Assembly (NCBI GenBank): GCA_050506795.1
Contig: JBJHCF010000055.1
Span: forward strand, 1 to 29,101
Reading direction: 5' to 3'
DNA: 29,101 bases
From: Opitutia bacterium
Lineage (GTDB): Bacteria > Verrucomicrobiota > Verrucomicrobiia > Opitutales > T3Sed10-336
In this document: one piece after another, positions 17,219 to 26,718 of the stretch
Position numbering within the stretch: position 1 is the stretch's first letter
Layout: each line of letters begins with the position of its first letter
Translations under genes and position numbers: made by a program
The notes under the pieces: model-generated
Seen by the model: only the letters and a program-made list of their open reading frames with translations
Told to the model about the DNA's origin: nothing
Database searches by the model: none

Positions 17219-20200
17219 ATGAAACCTTTGCCCATTGGGCTCGCTTGCGTTTACCTCTCGCTGATCCTGTTTTGCCTGGCTCCGGCCGATGCCTCCCCTT
17301 CGTATGCCTACACCGTCAGCGGCGGCGAGGCGCGAATTACCGAATACTCCGGGCCGGGCGGGGAGGTAATCATTCCGTCCACCCTGGACGGTCATCCGGT
17401 GACATCGATTGGAAATCGGGTTTTCGAAAACAACACCGACCTTATCACTTTGACCCTCCCCGACAGCGTTACAGTGATCGGGGAGCGAGCGGTTGCGGGT
17501 GCGACGAATTTGATTGAAGTCGATTTTGGCAACGGGCTTGCCAGTATCGGCGAATCGGCGTTCCGCGGTTGTACCGCGCTCGTCAGTGTGAGTCTTCCGG
17601 ACAGCCTCCGCTTCATAAATGCCCAGGCTTTTGCCGATTGCACGAACCTGGTCGAACTGGATCTGGGAAACGGCGTCACTGCGATCAGGGATTCGGCCTT
17701 CCAAAATTGCGCAGCTCTAACCAGGGTAGAGATCCCCGACAGCGTTACGACGCTCGGCGCTTCAGTGTTTCGCGACTGCACCAATCTGGAAAGCGCGTCC
17801 ATTGGAAACGGGGTATCGGCGATTCCCACCAGGGCGTTTTCTCACTGCATCAGCCTGAACGACCTTTCCATCGGGGAAAATGTAAGCGCCATATGGCCAT
17901 TAGCTTTCGCGGAATGTCACAGCCTAACCGTGGTCGAACTGCCCGAACGCCTGACCACCCTTGATCAAGGTGCTTTTTACCGGTGCGTCCAGCTCAGGGA
18001 GATCAACATTCCGGCGGGAATTCGTACCATCGCCGCCCGAGCCTTTATCGATTGTATCAGTCTTGAAAGCATAGAACTCCCCGAGGGTCTCCACACAATC
18101 GGAACCGAGGCCTTTCGAAATTGCCGCAGCCTGACCTCGGTCGAGATTCCCGACAGTGTGGAACGAATCGGTGATTGGGCCTTTGATAAATGTATATCTC
18201 TCAGTGAAGTTTCCATCGGGAAAAATGTCACTTCGATTGGAGTCGGAGCCTTTAGAGATTGTCGGAATCTCACCAACGTGAATTTTCCCGATGGCTTGGT
18301 ATTCATACATGCAGCCGCTTTTATGGGGTGCCGGAATCTCTCCGCCGTCAGCCTGCCGGACAGTCTTCGTACTATCGGCAGCAGCGCCTTCAAGGATTGC
18401 ACCAGCCTCGTTTCGGTTGTGATACCGCGAAACGTCAATGACCTCGGAACCGAAGCCTTCCTCGGGTGCGCAAATCTGGCGTCCATTGAAGTTCATCCGG
18501 AGAATACGGTGTTCTCCAGCGTTTCCGGGGTCTTGTTCAATGGGACCGAAACCGCTCTTATCATGTATCCGCCGGCGAAGCCGGACGCCGCCTATGAGGT
18601 CCCGGGCACGGTCACTCACATCACAGCCGGCTCATTTAATTTCGCCACAAATCTCGCCGAGATCTTTATTCCGGCGAGTGTATTCTCTATCCACAGCTCG
18701 GCGTTTGTGGGGGTCACAAGTCTCACCAGGATCACGCTCCATCCCGACAATCCACGTTACATCACGGTTTCCGGTTCATTGATCGATGTTCAGAGCTTCC
18801 CTTATGGTTTAATTCAATATCCCGTCGGTCGCGCCGATTCCACCTTTGCCTTTCCGGAGAACATAAGATTCATTGCGACATCGTCGTTCTATGGCAGCCC
18901 CAACCTCACGACATTTCACATACCGGGAAATGTGACCGGGGTGGCTAATCGAGCTCTCGCCAATGCTCCGAACCTCCGCGAAATTGAAGTCGTTCGTGGG
19001 CACACTCACTTTCGTTCGGTTTCCGGAGTTTTATTTAATGCCGACGGCACCGAACTTCTGCAATATCCCGCCGGAAGAGAGGCAAGCTCTTATGAGGTTC
19101 CGGAAGGCGTCACGACGATCGCACCCTGGGCCTTTGAAGGAGCGACCAAGCTTACCGAGATTCGTTTGCCCGAAAGCATCATCTCGATCGGACAGTTCGC
19201 ATTTCTTGGATGCACCGGACTCACCCGGGTAAACCTTCCCGCAGCCCTGAGAACGCTCGGTGGGGCGGCGTTCCAGGGTTGCACCAGTCTAACCGCCGCG
19301 GTATATGAAGGTAATGCTCCCTCCCACTGGAGTGACCCCTTTCGGTATACCGCCGAGGAGTTCACAATCTTTTTCCCTGAAGGCGCAACCGGTTTTACTG
19401 CGCCCTTCTGGGAAAACTACCCTTCGGCAAGCTATGCCGCTCCCGGAACCCTGAAGTGGGCCTTCGAAACCGGCGGCGGGGTTGAGTCCTCCCCGGCGAT
19501 CGGACCCGACGGCACAGTTTACATTGGTTCCCGTGACGGGCACCTTTATGCGCTCGACGGGAAGACTGGCAAGAAGGTGTGGGCATTCCAGACCGGGTCG
19601 TTCGTGACTTCATCACCGGTGATCGGTCCCAATGGAACGGTCTACGTAGGCTCCCATAATAATAACGTCTTTGCGATTGATGGAGAGACCGGTGAATTGC
19701 TCTGGACCTACGAGACCGGCGGTTCAATCATGTCCTCCCCGTCTCTAGGTTTGAACGGCACCCTTTACGTCGGATCCTATGATCACAGTTTGTATGCCCT
19801 GGATAGTGCGTCCGGTGATAAGTTGTGGGCGTTTGAGACCGGCGGCCCTATCATATCGTCTCCCGCGGTCGGAGTCGACGGAACGGTCTATTTCGGGTCG
19901 TGGGATTTTTACTTATATGCAGTCGAGGGTCAATCCGGCGAAGAACGCTGGTCGTTCAGGACGGGATCAAATATTAGATCGTCTCCGGCTCTCGATGGCA
20001 AGGGAACGTTGTATATCGGTTCAGGGGACCGGCACGTCTATGCGATCGACGAGGCATCCGGCGCGGAGCTGTGGTCGTATCGGACCGGTCACGGCGTTTT
20101 CTCCTCCCCTGCGATTGGAACCGATGGTACCGTCTATGTCGGTTCCGATGACAAGCATGTCTATGCGTTCGACGGTGAAAGCGGCGATGTCATCTGGGCG

Positions 20201-21289
20201 TCCGAGCTCGGCGATCTCGTCGAGGATTCTTCCCCGGCTATCGGTGCCGGCGGAACGATCTACATCGGCTCACACGACAGGCACCTTTATGCGCTTGATA
20301 GCAGGACGGGCAAAGTGGTGTGGACATTTGGAACCGGCTGGAACGGGTGGGTCCGATCCTCTCCGGCGATCGGCGTCAATCGAGCGGTCTACTTCGGGTC
20401 GTCGGACGGCCTTGTCTATGCACTACACGGCGACCAACCGCTTGCGAATTCTCCCTGGCCGAAATTCCGTCACAACCTGGGCAATACAGCATCGATCCAG
20501 GAGGAAGACGAGGACGACGATGACGATCTCGACTTGGGGCTTCCCGAAGAAAGAATCGCCGAGTTCTTCGACCTCGAAGCCGCGGGCGAGGTATCCGCCC
20601 GAAATCGGGTCAAGTCACCGTGGTTTGGCACTTTTGCCTTCGCTTCCGGTTTTGATGTCGAGGCACGGGAGGGCTGGCTTTTCCACGATCAACACGGATG
20701 GCTCTATTGGTCGGGCAGCGGCTGGTTCTGGCGGCACAGTCAGCAGCGATGGACGTACATGACCGAGGCGACGTGTCCGTTTGTTTATGTCCATGAAATC
20801 GGGTGGTTTTTCTTTTACGAAAACTCACCTGAATTTCCGGACCGCCAGTGGTTCAGCAGTTACCGGGAAGAAAACGGCGAGCAGGTTCCGGACGCCTGGG
20901 TGCGCTGGTTTCACCATTCCAAAAACAACGTGATGGCGTTTCGCCTGGATCCGGCGGATCTTGAGCCGGGACTCGAATTGTTGCTGGCGGTCAATGCGTC
21001 TGACGATGACGAAGATGATTTCGTGTATGTGCTTGTTTTTGGCGAGGACAACCAGGTGACGATACCGGCCTTCGACGAAGCAGGGACCTATGAGTATGAG
21101 GTTCTTGACAATCAAAGATCCAAGCTGGAATTACGCCTTGCCCCGATCGGTCAACCCGATCAGATTTTTTCGGATGAGCTTATTCTCACCTTCGAATCCG
21201 CCAATAACGGGCTCTACGAATTGATTTTTCATAACGGCGGGGATCCGAATGCGAATGAGCGCGAGGAGGGTCACTTTCTTCTCCGATAG
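17219..21289 (+). CDS. Secreted surface protein: BspA-type leucine-rich repeats + 8-blade PQQ-like beta-propeller + Trp-rich C-terminal domain
   Basis: Signal peptide; many IPDSVTxIGxxAFxxCxxL repeats; eight WxFxTG..SSPAIGxDGTVYxGS repeats (19451-20430); acidic linker; SPWFGTF..GWLFHDQHGWLY segment. Confidence 0.9.
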   Translation: MKPLPIGLACVYLSLILFCLAPADASPSYAYTVSGGEARITEYSGPGGEVIIPSTLDGHPVTSIGNRVFENNTDLITLTLPDSVTVIGERAVAGATNLIEVDFGNGLASIGESAFRGCTALVSVSLPDSLRFINAQAFADCTNLVELDLGNGVTAIRDSAFQNCAALTRVEIPDSVTTLGASVFRDCTNLESASIGNGVSAIPTRAFSHCISLNDLSIGENVSAIWPLAFAECHSLTVVELPERLTTLDQGAFYRCVQLREINIPAGIRTIAARAFIDCISLESIELPEGLHTIGTEAFRNCRSLTSVEIPDSVERIGDWAFDKCISLSEVSIGKNVTSIGVGAFRDCRNLTNVNFPDGLVFIHAAAFMGCRNLSAVSLPDSLRTIGSSAFKDCTSLVSVVIPRNVNDLGTEAFLGCANLASIEVHPENTVFSSVSGVLFNGTETALIMYPPAKPDAAYEVPGTVTHITAGSFNFATNLAEIFIPASVFSIHSSAFVGVTSLTRITLHPDNPRYITVSGSLIDVQSFPYGLIQYPVGRADSTFAFPENIRFIATSSFYGSPNLTTFHIPGNVTGVANRALANAPNLREIEVVRGHTHFRSVSGVLFNADGTELLQYPAGREASSYEVPEGVTTIAPWAFEGATKLTEIRLPESIISIGQFAFLGCTGLTRVNLPAALRTLGGAAFQGCTSLTAAVYEGNAPSHWSDPFRYTAEEFTIFFPEGATGFTAPFWENYPSASYAAPGTLKWAFETGGGVESSPAIGPDGTVYIGSRDGHLYALDGKTGKKVWAFQTGSFVTSSPVIGPNGTVYVGSHNNNVFAIDGETGELLWTYETGGSIMSSPSLGLNGTLYVGSYDHSLYALDSASGDKLWAFETGGPIISSPAVGVDGTVYFGSWDFYLYAVEGQSGEERWSFRTGSNIRSSPALDGKGTLYIGSGDRHVYAIDEASGAELWSYRTGHGVFSSPAIGTDGTVYVGSDDKHVYAFDGESGDVIWASELGDLVEDSSPAIGAGGTIYIGSHDRHLYALDSRTGKVVWTFGTGWNGWVRSSPAIGVNRAVYFGSSDGLVYALHGDQPLANSPWPKFRHNLGNTASIQEEDEDDDDDLDLGLPEERIAEFFDLEAAGEVSARNRVKSPWFGTFAFASGFDVEAREGWLFHDQHGWLYWSGSGWFWRHSQQRWTYMTEATCPFVYVHEIGWFFFYENSPEFPDRQWFSSYREENGEQVPDAWVRWFHHSKNNVMAFRLDPADLEPGLELLLAVNASDDDEDDFVYVLVFGEDNQVTIPAFDEAGTYEYEVLDNQRSKLELRLAPIGQPDQIFSDELILTFESANNGLYELIFHNGGDPNANEREEGHFLLR

Positions 21290-21463
21290 ACGGAATGCAT
21301 GCAGATCACGATGTTACACGTAGGTAACCGGGGGCTGGAATCTGTCCTAAAGGGGATTCGTAGGGAGAGAATTTAATGCGATGCAAAAACCAACTAATAA
21401 AGCGGCTTGCCGAATCCGGCGTGAAGGATTCGTTACGGTCGGATTGAAGGAGGCGGACTGGCT

Positions 21464-21697
21464 ATGAAGCGACAATTGGCCTTTAAAAACTCCCCCGTGC
21501 TTCTGGCCGGGGTTCTTTTGATCCTTGCAGGACTGCTCACCGGCTGCTTTAGCAGCAGCAGCAGTAGCAGCCGGGACCGCGGCAACGATAGGGACAGCCT
21601 GTTCCCGACGGATCGCCCGGAAGATCGGGGAGCGGAGGCCCCGGATTACTCTCCCCCCAACCCGCCAAGCCAGACCCCGGTTGATCCCGTGCCTTAA
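21464..21697 (+). CDS. Small lipoprotein (77 aa)
   Basis: GAAGGAGG RBS upstream; lipobox LLTGC followed by poly-Ser and a Pro/Asp-rich tail. Confidence 0.7.
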   Translation: MKRQLAFKNSPVLLAGVLLILAGLLTGCFSSSSSSSRDRGNDRDSLFPTDRPEDRGAEAPDYSPPNPPSQTPVDPVP

Positions 21698-21756
21698 GGA
21701 GGGAAGCACCTCGATTTATCCTGCCGGTTGGCGCCGGCTTATTTGTGGGCAACTAT

Positions 21757-22581
21757 TTAAGGGATCGGTTTGTTTCCGGTGGCGATTACGAACTGGCCGG
21801 GGATGGCGTAGCCATCGTCAGTCTTGTAAGGGGCGATGGATTCGAGGTACTCGGAGCGGGCGCTTGCGCGAGTCGCGTCGTCGAACTTTGCATACGCCAG
21901 AGCGACAGGTCCGCCCTCGAATACCGCCGTCAGGGCGGATTCGTCGTTTGGATAGCGCAGGGTGGTTTCGATAGTTTCCTGGCGGACATTGTTGAATCCG
22001 CATGTTTCCATCAGCCGTACCAGATTGGCGCCCGTTCCGAGTTGGAAGAACATTGGACAGACCTCGGATTTCACGCGCGCCGCCACGATGGGAAAAATAT
22101 CGCGCCACCCGCAGGCGTTGCGTTTCCCCCAGACGGCGATCCCGCACCGGCCGCCGGGACGCAGGGCACGGAGAATTCCGTTTACCGCTTTTTCAGGATC
22201 GGTGACGTACATGAGGCAAAAGGCGCAGAGGGCGGCGTCGAACGCGGCCTCGTCGACTTCCAGATCCTCGGCCCCCATCCGGGCGGTGCGGATCCGGGTG
22301 AACCCGCGCTCGACGGCGCGGCGGGAGAGGGCTGCGAGCATTCCTTCGGAGATATCAGTGGCGAGGAGCGATCCCTCCGGCCCGATTCGTTCGGCGGCGG
22401 GAAAGGTGACGAGACCATCGCCCGCCGCAATCTCCAGGACGCTTTCACCCGGTTGCAGGTCCAGCATGCGAAGGAGGGCGTCCTGGCCCGGTTTGAGTTG
22501 ATCCGCCCAGGCCCCGGCGTAATACGGGGTCGCGATATTCCAGCCGTAGCGCTGGATGCGCTGCTGGAAACGCGGATTCAT
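21757..22581 (-). CDS. Class I SAM-dependent methyltransferase (UbiE-like), 274 aa
   Basis: VLEIAAGDG, TDISEGML, FDAALC, LRPGGR; start taken at ATG 22581, which overlaps the osmC-like stop (ATGA). Confidence 0.9.
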   Translation of the reverse strand: MNPRFQQRIQRYGWNIATPYYAGAWADQLKPGQDALLRMLDLQPGESVLEIAAGDGLVTFPAAERIGPEGSLLATDISEGMLAALSRRAVERGFTRIRTARMGAEDLEVDEAAFDAALCAFCLMYVTDPEKAVNGILRALRPGGRCGIAVWGKRNACGWRDIFPIVAARVKSEVCPMFFQLGTGANLVRLMETCGFNNVRQETIETTLRYPNDESALTAVFEGGPVALAYAKFDDATRASARSEYLESIAPYKTDDGYAIPGQFVIATGNKPIP

Positions 22582-23114
22582 TCCAGTTGTGTGCGGGTCA
22601 GGGTACTCTTCACGTTTTGCGCGCGCGTGAAGACATCGTAATACGGACTGTGGGTCAGGGCTTCGTCGAGAATCTCCTGCAGAACCTCGTCTTCGGCGGG
22701 ACTGTCGACGCGGGTCGTGAGGCGCACTTCGCTGTAACCGGCGGGAACGTCCTTGACCCCAAGGAAACCGCATCCGTCATAATCGGCTGCCACCTCGACT
22801 TCGAGTGACCGAATCTCCACGTCACGCCGGGCCGCGAAAAGGGCGAAGGTCAAGGCGACGCACGAACCGAGCGCGGCCCGCACGAGCACCCCCGGATCCG
22901 GACGCTCATGTTCGCCGCCCATCGATGGAGGGATAGCCGACTCGAGGGTCCATGGTCCCTGGGTCATCCGGCAAAGGCCCCCGGGAAGGAGGCGTGCGGT
23001 GGTGTTTTCAGTGGCCCGGGCGATTTCTGGCTTGCGGCGTACGGAGGCGACGGCGCGATCAAAACGTGACGCCAACCTCGCCGTGTCGATCAGTTTCGGG
23101 GTTCGAGCAGTCAT
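22578..23114 (-). CDS. OsmC/Ohr family protein
   Basis: MGGEHERPDPGVLVRAALGSC, IRSLEVEVAADYD, PAGYSEVR, HSPYYDVF. Confidence 0.85.
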   Translation of the reverse strand: MTARTPKLIDTARLASRFDRAVASVRRKPEIARATENTTARLLPGGLCRMTQGPWTLESAIPPSMGGEHERPDPGVLVRAALGSCVALTFALFAARRDVEIRSLEVEVAADYDGCGFLGVKDVPAGYSEVRLTTRVDSPAEDEVLQEILDEALTHSPYYDVFTRAQNVKSTLTRTQLE

Positions 23115-23487
23115 GGTGCGGGTTTCCTTTCCGGGGAAAAGGATACCACTTAAGGGGCAATGAGATCGATAAAAAAGGACGTGCTGAACCGGACGGCAGG
23201 GTACGGTTTTTTCGTCATAAGAGCATATCTCATTGAAGTTTATTCGTTTATTTCAAATCTCGAAATTTTCGAATTCAAATGTCATTTCCATGCGGCTGAC
23301 AGCCGTTGGATGAAAAGGCCCTGAGCGGCATCGGTCTCCGCGGCCGGACCTTTTTTGTTCGACCCTGGGCTGGAAATATTGGATCGTTGCTACAAGCAAC
23401 GGACTGGTACGTCGTTGATCACCCCACCGCTTTTCAGGGACTGCGGACCGGCCGCGAATCAGCGAACTCCCATCAGGCAAACCGATC

Positions 23488-26400
23488 ATGAAGCGGATTG
23501 AGCTCGATATTCGACTGCTGGGCAACCTGGAGGTTTGCCGTCGGGGACGGCCAATTCTCCTTCCACGGTCGAGAAAAACCCGGGCTCTGTTGGGCTACCT
23601 TGTCGCGACCAAACGACCCCACTCGCGCAGGGAACTGTGCGATCTTCTCTACGAGGGTTCCTCCGATCCTCGTGCGGGATTGCGGTGGAGCCTGAGCAAG
23701 CTCCGTTCGCTGCTCGAAGAGGATGGTGAGAGACGAATCGTGACCGCGCAGGAGCAGGTCTCGTTTGAACGACACGGCGCCATTGTGGATATTGCCTTCG
23801 TGCGCAACGTGGCGGCTCACGGTTGGGAACAGGCCACAACTGAGACCCTCAGGGAGGCGGTCTCGAGGTTTCGTGGCGGCTTCCTGGAGGGACTGGATTT
23901 GTCCGGGTGCTACGGCTTTGACGCCTGGCGCACTTCCGAGCGGGAGGCTGCGCACCGGCTGCGCGAGACGATCCTCTGTGTTCTGATTGACCGCTTGCAC
24001 GACCGGCCGGATGAAGCGTTGCCTTACGCTCGAGACCGGCTGCTCGTCAATCCCCTGTCGGAAGACGCCCATATCGATTTCATCCGGCTCCTGGCGGCGA
24101 TGGGGAGAAGAGAAAAAGCGCTGGAACAGTACGATCGGTGCCACCGCATGCTGGAGGTCGAATTCAACGCCCGCCCGTCGCACGAGATGGAGAATCTGCG
24201 ACGGTCCCTAACAGGAGCGAAAGCAACCCCCTCGTCATCAAGCCGCAAACCGGCCCGCGCTGCGTCCAATTTTGCTCCCCTCGCCGGGCGGCGGAAAGAA
24301 AGGGCTGTTCTGAAAGAGTTCGCGAACCAGGGCGAGTCCGGCGACACGGGAGAGGTGTTGCTTCTGACTGGCGCGCCGGGGATCGGGAAAACACGCCTCC
24401 TCCAGGAATTGGGCAGTCTGATCGGCTCAGCCGGAGGCACGGCGCTGACGGGGTGCGCCTTTGATGTCGAGCGAATCCGCCCGTACACGGCGTGGATCGA
24501 CGCGCTGCGCGCGATTGACGCCGACAGGATTCCGCACGCGCTCCGTACCGAGTTGGCTCCGCTGCTGCCTGAACTGGGAACGGTGTCAGCGTCTGCTACG
24601 GATCGGAATCGCCTTTTCAACGCGGTTCTCCATCTTTTGGAACGTCTGGCGGCTGAAAAACCTCCTGTTTTTGTGTTGCTTGATGATCTTCATTGGTTCG
24701 ACGAGGCTTCCGCGGCGCTTACGCACTACATTGCCCGAACCACAACGGCAAGCAGTGTGCGGATGGCCTGCGCGGCTCGATCCGGGGAGCTGGAAGAGAA
24801 CGCGGCGACACGGCGTCTTGTTTACACGTTTCGTCGCGAGCATCGGCTCCGCGAACTCGACCTGGCGCCCCTCAACATGAGCGATACGGTGGAATTGGCG
24901 CAGAAAATAGACCGGAACATTGATGCGGACCGTATCTTCACAGAAAGCGGAGGCAACCCGCTTTTCGCCCTGGAGGTGGCGCGGGCCCTCAGACAGGGAA
25001 AGGGCGCGCGCTCGGAAACTTTGGACGGCCTGCTCAACGAACGGCTGGACAGGCTCGATCCGCAAGCGCGGGAAATCCTGTCCCTCGTGGCGGCTCTGGG
25101 CCGTGGTTGTACGGTCGATTTTCTGTCCCAACTGATAGAAATGTCCCAACGCGAAATCGTCAGTGCCATCGAGACACTTGAGCGACACGAGTTTTTGCAG
25201 ATGACGGCATCGGGAAGTTACGATTTCACTCACGATCTGGTCCGCCGTGCGGCTTACAGGAACATTTCTCCCCCGCGCCGTCGCCTGAACCACCATGAAA
25301 TCGCTCGCCGGATCGCCGGCACAGGCGACTTGGTCGAAGCGAACGCGGGCGAAGTTGCGCACCATGCCGCGCTTGGCGGGGATCTCGAACTGGCCGCGCG
25401 GGCCTGCCTCGCGGGGGGGCGGCACGGTCTGCGGGTTTGCGCCTATGAAGAAACGACTGCTCTGGCGGAGCGCGGCCTCGCCCACGCCGCCGAACTTTCG
25501 GCGTCGGCGCGCATTCCTCTCCACTTGGAACTTCTTGCACTGTACGTACACCCGGACATGGCCCATTTTTGTCCTCCGGACCTGAACGAGCGACTGCGCC
25601 AGGTGACCGGAGAGGCGCGAAGGGCGGGAGATCGAGCTCTAGTGCGGCGGGGATTCCAACTCCTCGGCTGGCTTTACTACCACCAGGGAGATTTCCAAGG
25701 GGCGTTGAAAGCTAGCTCGGAAGCACAGGAAGCGGGCCGGGAAGCGGATCCCGCCACGGTCGTACATGCGATCGCTGCGACGGCGCACTGCTACTGCCTC
25801 CTGGAACGCAACCTGGATCGGGCCGCGAAACTGGCACGCGAGGCACAGTCACTGGCCCGGGAATTCGACGTGAACATCGAGGGATTCGAGCTGGCCATGG
25901 CCCTAGGTATGCTCCACCAACACTCGGGCGACATCGACCAGGCATTCCACTTAGCCGAGGAAGCGTATCAACGAAGTCGGCACAATCCGCTCCCCTGGGC
26001 GCGGACTCACTGCCTTTCACGGCTGATCATGATTGAATTGGAACGCGATCGTGCGGCTGAAGCATTGTCCTGGTGCCGCGACTTGCGCGCGATGACTGCA
26101 AATATGGAGGAAGGGAGCGAAGCGCCTTTCGCGGCGACGCTCGAAGCTCTGGCCCGCCTGGCGATGGAAGAGAAAGGTGTGGAACCTGAGCTGGACGAGG
26201 CGTTGGAGCGACTTCGCCAGGCGGACAGCAAATGGATGCTCGCCTATGTTCAGAACGAAGCGGCGACTCACAATATCGCCGCCGGAAAGTATGGACAAGC
26301 CCGACGCAGGGCGACAGACGCCCTCGCCGCCGCGGAAGCCGTGAACTACCGCAGCGAAGCGGCGCTGGCACGCGCCACCCTGATCCTGGCCAACCTAAGA

Positions 26401-26550
26401 GCAAACGAATCGTCGAACTCCGCGTCGAATCCGAAGGCCGCCGTCGCCGAACTGGCCCGAGCCCGCGGCTTGTCGGCCCGCGCTCGCCGTGCCGTGCGGC
26501 AAACCAAGGCGGAGCTGGCCGGACAAGCAAGTTCGAAGACCCGCACCTGA
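23488..26550 (+). CDS. SARP-like transcriptional regulator: winged helix + BTAD + AAA ATPase + TPR-like helices
   Basis: IRLLGNLEV..KTRALLGYL..LRWSLSKLR, FRGGFLEGL..FDAW, PLSEDAH; Walker A GAPGIGKT, Walker B LLDDLHW, SGGNPLF, FTHDLVR. Confidence 0.92.
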   Translation: MKRIELDIRLLGNLEVCRRGRPILLPRSRKTRALLGYLVATKRPHSRRELCDLLYEGSSDPRAGLRWSLSKLRSLLEEDGERRIVTAQEQVSFERHGAIVDIAFVRNVAAHGWEQATTETLREAVSRFRGGFLEGLDLSGCYGFDAWRTSEREAAHRLRETILCVLIDRLHDRPDEALPYARDRLLVNPLSEDAHIDFIRLLAAMGRREKALEQYDRCHRMLEVEFNARPSHEMENLRRSLTGAKATPSSSSRKPARAASNFAPLAGRRKERAVLKEFANQGESGDTGEVLLLTGAPGIGKTRLLQELGSLIGSAGGTALTGCAFDVERIRPYTAWIDALRAIDADRIPHALRTELAPLLPELGTVSASATDRNRLFNAVLHLLERLAAEKPPVFVLLDDLHWFDEASAALTHYIARTTTASSVRMACAARSGELEENAATRRLVYTFRREHRLRELDLAPLNMSDTVELAQKIDRNIDADRIFTESGGNPLFALEVARALRQGKGARSETLDGLLNERLDRLDPQAREILSLVAALGRGCTVDFLSQLIEMSQREIVSAIETLERHEFLQMTASGSYDFTHDLVRRAAYRNISPPRRRLNHHEIARRIAGTGDLVEANAGEVAHHAALGGDLELAARACLAGGRHGLRVCAYEETTALAERGLAHAAELSASARIPLHLELLALYVHPDMAHFCPPDLNERLRQVTGEARRAGDRALVRRGFQLLGWLYYHQGDFQGALKASSEAQEAGREADPATVVHAIAATAHCYCLLERNLDRAAKLAREAQSLAREFDVNIEGFELAMALGMLHQHSGDIDQAFHLAEEAYQRSRHNPLPWARTHCLSRLIMIELERDRAAEALSWCRDLRAMTANMEEGSEAPFAATLEALARLAMEEKGVEPELDEALERLRQADSKWMLAYVQNEAATHNIAAGKYGQARRRATDALAAAEAVNYRSEAALARATLILANLRANESSNSASNPKAAVAELARARGLSARARRAVRQTKAELAGQASSKTRT

Positions 26551-26613
26551 CACGAATCCGGTACCTGCAGGACTTTCCGCCGCCGAGGAAGAATTTCCCG
26601 TTATTGAGGCGAA

Positions 26614-26660
26614 TTTCAACGGGAATTACAACGGATCTTACAACGTCCGGCCTTCATGTT
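26614..26660 (+). promoter_or_regulatory. Three 12-bp-period direct repeats TT(T/A)CAACG; candidate operator/promoter
   Basis: TTTCAACGGGAA TTACAACGGATC TTACAACGTCCG; CAACG cores at 26617, 26629, 26641; possible -10 CATGTT at 26655. Confidence 0.55.
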
Positions 26661-26718
26661 GTCGTCCGAAGTTCGGGCTTCGGCCCTTTTGTCGACAACC
26701 CAATCAGGAGGCCAAACC

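Noticed and set aside
17400..20430. Periodic nucleotide repeats that could suggest a CRISPR array or DGR
   Set aside because: They are degenerate coding repeats (LRR and propeller blades); no identical repeats with spacers, no cas or reverse transcriptase gene
21551..21571. AGC trinucleotide run in the small lipoprotein
   Set aside because: In-frame poly-Ser linker after the lipobox; ordinary
21745..22641. 298-aa plus-strand ORF, and the 64-aa N-terminal extension of the methyltransferase ORF to 22773
   Set aside because: The first is antisense to a clear methyltransferase; the second overlaps osmC, and the ATGA-coupled start at 22581 is more plausible
23158..23235. Inverted pair CAATGAGAT / ATCTCATTG in the osmC-regulator intergenic region
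   Set aside because: 9-bp arms about 60 bp apart; too weak to call without conservation data
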